Source: Macrostomum lignano
Lineage: Eukaryota
Direction: 5' to 3'
Length of the DNA stretch: 64,000 nt
Assembly (NCBI GenBank): GCA_002269645.1
Contig: NIVC01000245.1
Span: 186,001-250,000, forward strand
This document shows, piece by piece, positions 58,960 to 64,000 of this stretch. Under the pieces are notes generated by a model. That model saw nothing but the letters and a program-made list of their open reading frames with translations. It searched no databases and was not told the DNA's origin. The position numbers were made by a program, and so were the translations under genes. Position 1 is the stretch's first letter. Each line of letters begins with the position of its first letter.

Positions 58960-61200
58960 CGCGGGCGGAACGCCGGGGAAGACTGGCGCAACTCGATCAT
59001 GCGCTGGTTCGCACTCGCAAGCGCCGCCGCCGCGTCACCAACTGCGACACAATGGCTCTGCTGGCTCTTCGGTCAGACCCACAGATACTATAGATCTAGT
59101 TCTAGTATCTGTGGCTCTGTGCGACTTGCGGCTCCACGACCATGCCTAGCTCTATAACGACCGCCAAAGCAGCGGCCTCGTGCTCTGTCGGAGACCCGCG
59201 TCAAGCGTCAATTCGCGGGTGCCTTCGTCGGCGCGCTTGGAGACCAGCGCGAGGCGGAGTATTCCGACATCAGCACCGCCGCTAGAGCCGCTGCGGAGCA
59301 GATGGGCCCGCTGATGCGGCCAGCGCAGAAATCGCTGCCTGTCTGGCAGAGCGACCCGACCATCAAGCAGACGCGGCTCAACATCGAGCGACTCCGCAGA
59401 AACCGGCGGCCCACGGGCGACGCTGAAGACGCCTTTCTCAGATGAGCGGCAGCAAGCCGCTGTCGACGACGCCTTCCGGTCCATCACTGCAGCCGGCCCC
59501 GACGTGAAGAGCCGCGGGCAGTGTGAACGGCCGTCCGGACCCTGACGGGGCGCAGAAAGCGCGTGGCGCTGAATCTGGCCGGCAACACCCCAGAGGAGCG
59601 CAGGAATGAATTGCGCGACTTCTTTCCCGGCATCGTGAACGCGCCGCGCGTTGCCGCTCCTGCCAGTTTTGCGCTCTCTCTTGACACGCCGCTCCCAGCT
59701 GAGGAGGACTTCTTCACCAGCCCAGTCACCACGGAGGACGTTGCTGTTCGCTCGGAAAACATCAGGCGGCAAGGCGCTCGGCCGCGACGAAGTTCCGGTC
59801 GAAGCGCTGCGGCTCGATCCGCTGTGTGGCCTCCCAGGTCACAGGCGTCATGAACCGCGTGCTCACCGGCGCCCCCGCGCCTACCGAGTGGACCGTCGTG
59901 CACATCGTGCCAATCCCGAAGAAGGCGGGACAACGCGGAAAGAAGACCACCGCGGGATCTCGCTGATGTCCTGCGCCGCGAAGCTCTTCAACAGGCTGCT
60001 GCTCGATCGTCTGCAGTCGGTGCTGGACCCGTACCTGCGGTACGAGCAGAACGGATTCCGGCCGCAACGCGGTAAAGTGACACAGATTCTCGAACTCCGC
60101 CGGGTCATCGAGGAGGCGCGCATCCGCCAGTCTACGCTGATCATTGTCTTCGTTGACTTTCAAAAGGCGTTTGAATCGGTGTTGAGAGCCGCGCTTCCCT
60201 TGTCCTTCGAGCCTACCGGGTACCCCAGCAGCTAATCGACGCTGTCATGGCGCTGTATCGCGACACTCGAGCTGCTGTGGTGACGGCGGACGGCCTGTCT
60301 GACCTGTTCGATACTTCATCAGGAGTTTTGCAGGGCGACACGCTAGCGCCGTTCCTCTTCGTGCTGCTGCTGGACTTGGTGCTTCGGACCGCACTCCCCT
60401 CGGCTGACGACGGCTTCCTGCTGCGCAGACGTATCGGTCGCCTGAGCGTGCTTGGCTACGCCGACGACCTCGCCCTCCTGTCCTCGTCCGTTTAAGGCGC
60501 CCAGCACCAGATCGACAGGCTGGTCGAGGTGGCATCGAGAATCGGTCTGGTTGACAACACTCTGAAGACCGAGGTGCTGACAGGGACGACATCACGGCGG
60601 ACCTGACGTGCCGCGGTGCAGACGGGCAGACGACCAGGCTCGCACGCTGCCAGCGGTTCACCTACCTCGGCGGTCTGGTGCCTCACGTGGAGGAAGACCT
60701 CCGGCGGCGCAGAGGACTTGCCTGGGCGGTCTTCCGTTCGATCCGGGTTGTCGTCCAGTCCGAAGCGCTGCCCGACCGCCAGAGGGTTCGGCTGTGGCAG
60801 GCGGTGGTCGAAACCGTCCTACTCTAACAACGACGAGATGTGTACGCTGACGGCTACGCTAGAGCGGCAGCTGGACTCGACGCACTCAGGGCTGTGCGGC
60901 CTTTCGAGCTGATGAGAGCGTCGGGACCGAGGCCCTACACGATCGGGCCAAGCTGCAGCGCCCGTCCATCAGCATGCGCCGGCGGCGACTTCAACTGGCG
61001 GGTCACGTAATCCGGGCCGAGGGCTTCTGCCCCAACCTATTCAGGACGTTCTGCTGCTCACCTTGCAGGGCCCGTTCAGGCAGGGTCAGGCCCAAACCCG
61101 TCGCGATACGACTGCCTCCTACGCGACGCCGGGGCGCCCGACACTGCCAACGGGGCGGACTTCGTCCGCTCTCAGGCTCTGCAGCGCGCCATCTGACGCA
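58960..61200 (+). pseudogene. 5'-truncated, frameshifted RTE/RTEX-like LINE
   Basis: APE C-terminus QLDHALVR...VTNC...SD; RT motifs HRGISLMSCAAKLFNR, EQNGFRPQR, VFVDFQKAF, GVLQGDTLAPFLF, LGYADDLAL; C-terminal RRRLQLAGHVIR. Multiple indels. Confidence 0.85.
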
Positions 61201-62498
61201 CCCTGCTCTAACTGTGACCTTGTCACATTGCATGTGGGGCTGCGTACTTTGTTTTTGTTTTTTCTTGCGGCGTCACCCGCATTGCCCCCCACCAATGCTT
61301 TGTACTCGTAAGTCTTAAAAAAGAGATTTAGGGGACAAAGCAACATTACAGATGCATGAATTAATCTTTCACAGATGCACCTCTGTATGTGATTGTACAT
61401 CTGTTATACGTGTACCCCAATCCTAATGTATGTGTATTGAGCAATATGTGTACATGTACCCGGTTCCCCAGCTAACTCTAAAAAGAAATGAAAACCTACA
61501 AAAATATGCTTTTTATATTCAGCAGTTATCATCGAAACGTTTTGATCGGGTAAATATCTTTTATTAAGAATTATTGTACTAAGCAAATGGGGGGGCAAGA
61601 GAAAATCTAGCTCTGTCGCGTGGAAAAATGCGCTGCAGTAAAAAAGCATTGCCTGGAAAACCTTATTTCGCGCCGACAAATCTTGGCAGGAAAAGCTTGG
61701 CGGGAAAATATCCTACTATAGCTGTCTGTAAATCTGGGCGGGAAATTCGTCTGCGGTCAATTCTCATGGACGCATTCTACATATACGTACACTGTAAAAA
61801 TACAAGAGGAGGGCTCTAGTTTTTCTAGAGGGGGCTAGTTAGGAGCAAGGGCCTGGTGTGCACCCTGCTGGCGCACTTTAAGCGAAATTTGTCACACAAC
61901 CGGGGAGAGCTGAAATTACTTGCCCATCCGCTGACTTCCCTAAGCATGGCACACAAAGTGTAAAATTGTAGCTTCGGCAAGTCTGCAGTATGCGACCTCA
62001 AAACAATAAAAAATTATGACTTCATCACATGTAATATGTATACCTGTACGTCGCGCAAATTCGTCATATATCGGTTGAACGTCGATGTGATGCAAAAGTA
62101 AATAACTGTAAAAAATAAATTTAGAGGCCAACTTTTAAAGATGAAAGTCTCTAGTAAAACATTTGCTTGACGGCTTTTGTATTTTAAATGTTTATTACTG
62201 TAAAACGCCTTGACCTTCCATTGATACCAAATGAGAATCTTTCACGGGGATGGGATAGTTTATTGTAGATAATGTTTCTGTATAATCAGTTACTGCAAGT
62301 TTATCTGATATTGCCCGAATCGGTCTACAAAAAGGTCTTATCTGCATGGGCATTAATTTCATAACTATAAAAGCGACTTCAACTATACGAAAGAAAAAAT
62401 GAGTAATGAATGGGTAAACCGTAGGAAACTTCCGCTACGAAAGTAACAAAGGAAAAACAAGATGGAGTTCCAACAATTCGCCACTCCGTGAGCATGGC

Positions 62499-63960
62499 CT
62501 AGTTGCGCTGGCTCTCGCGGCCGGCCCACAGCTGACCTTTGATCAGCTCGTCGCAGTCGATGCCGATCATGGCTTCGCCAAGGTCTTCGCTAACTCGCGC
62601 CAGAAACTCCGGATCTCTGTAGTGCGTCACCGCCTGCACCATAGCCTCGGCGCGCTTCTGCGGGTTGGCGCTCTTGAAGATGCCGGAGCCGACGAACACA
62701 CCGTCCACGCCGAGTTGCATCAGCATCGACACGTCGGCCGGGGTGGCCAGACCGCCGGCGGCGAAATTCACTACGGGCAGGCGGCCCTGACGCTTCACTT
62801 CTTTGAGTAGGCCGTGATGCACCTTGAGAGGTTGAAACAGTAATTTAATGTAGGTTTATGAGATTTATGAAATACATATTGCGCTCCTAGAAATCATATA
62901 GATATTGTTCAAAAGCTTCTTTAGATATTCTTCAGAGATTGCTTAGGGATTAATCAGAGACTTATCCCAAAGAGTTCCCAAGGGATTGCGCAGAGATTAC
63001 TCCAGCATCAATCTTCGCCCCTTGTTGCATAGAGTTAGTTCGCCTCCAGTCACAAGAACCAAATTCCGCGCACCTGCAGCTGCTTAGCATATGAGTACAG
63101 TTCGTCGTCGTCCATCACTTTAGCCGCGCGCATCTCCCGATTCAACGCCCTAGCGTGACGCACCGCCTCGATGACGTTGCCGGTACCGGCCTCGCCTTTG
63201 GTGCGCATCATGGCTGCGCCCTCCGCGATGCGACGCAGCGCTTCGCCGAGATTCCGACAGCCGCAGACGAATGGGATCTTGAAACTGTGCTTGTCAATGT
63301 GGTTCTCTGGATCGGCTGGTGTTAGAACTGTGGCGATGGATCACATTTTTTTCAACAGTTAAAAGTGGTGACTCGAATAGTGGTGGATTTGGATAATGGT
63401 GATCGAAATATGGCGTGAGACTTTTCGTAAGATATACGCCGATGAAGGTCCATGCACACGCTCCGTGTCGGCCCTTTGAATTTATTTTTGCTTCTTTGCC
63501 TAACGCCTATCTGCTACAGGGATGTACAGGATAAGGTCATATGACGCAACTCACCCTCCGACTCGTCGATCATGTCAACTCCGATAGCTTGCAGAATCTG
63601 CGCCTCAGCAAAGTGGCCAATTCTGGCTTTGGCCATCACCGGAATTGTGACGGCGCTCATGATCTCTTTGATCAGCTTTGGATCCGTCATTCGAGCGACG
63701 CCGCCCTGCTTGCGAATGTCAGCCGGTACTCGCTCCAGAGCCATCACTGCGCACGCCTGCAACGTAACGGTCGACCATAGATTTGCTAAAACCATATGAA
63801 ATCTTTTATAAATACTGCACTACTATCTTACCCCCGCTTCCTCGGCAATTTTTGCCTGCTCCGCATTTACAACATCCATGACGAGTCCGCCTTTGGTCAT
63901 CTTGGCTAGGCCAGTCTTTACCGTGTAGGTGCCAATCACTGAATCACCGTTGCTGGTCAT
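62499..63960 (-). CDS. PDX1: Pyridoxal 5'-phosphate synthase subunit PDX1/SNZ (PdxS), 302 aa, 4 exons
   Basis: Exons (minus): 63960-63832, 63756-63555, 63327-63074, 62822-62499; GT-AG, phases compatible (909 nt). [42 protein letters not shown] (catalytic Lys), [10 protein letters not shown] and [15 protein letters not shown]...[11 protein letters not shown] are intact. Confidence 0.96.
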
Positions 63961-64000
63961 TGTCCCGGGAATAAGGTAAAGCTGATGATAAAGGTGAAGT

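Noticed and set aside
58804-61770. Possible MULE-like TIR element enclosing the RTE remnant
   Set aside because: The ends share only loose TTTCCC(G)C/ATTGCCC motifs and I found no TSD.

Overview
Eukaryotic (metazoan) genomic DNA with spliceosomal GT-AG introns. The intron style and density of tandem repeats resemble a free-living flatworm such as Macrostomum, but that is an unverified inference. Five host genes were reconstructed by hand, all on the minus strand: (1) a 5-exon secreted, probably GPI-anchored protein with three Ly6/uPAR-like 8-Cys modules (10591-14220); (2) intronless CCDC12/Cwf18 (17216-17776); (3) eIF3m (20392-36041), whose 36-nt first coding exon lies beyond a 12.6-kb transposon-filled intron; (4) MAPKAPK2/3-type kinase (41039-58132, 6 exons); (5) PDX1/SNZ pyridoxal-phosphate synthase subunit (62499-63960, 4 exons), a vitamin B6 de novo gene most animals lack. 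About a dozen distinct minisatellites fill introns and spacers. Mobile DNA includes a tRNA-derived SINE, Gypsy remnants, a nested retroelement cluster (4.9-9.5 kb), hAT-in-hAT nests with intact 8-bp TSDs, Tc1/mariner-like MITEs and an RTE-like LINE remnant. The most unusual item is a near-intact 5.9-kb APE-RT-RNase H LINE in MAPKAPK2 intron 5, flanked by a perfect 132-bp target-site duplication. No CRISPR, rRNA or genuine tRNA genes were seen.
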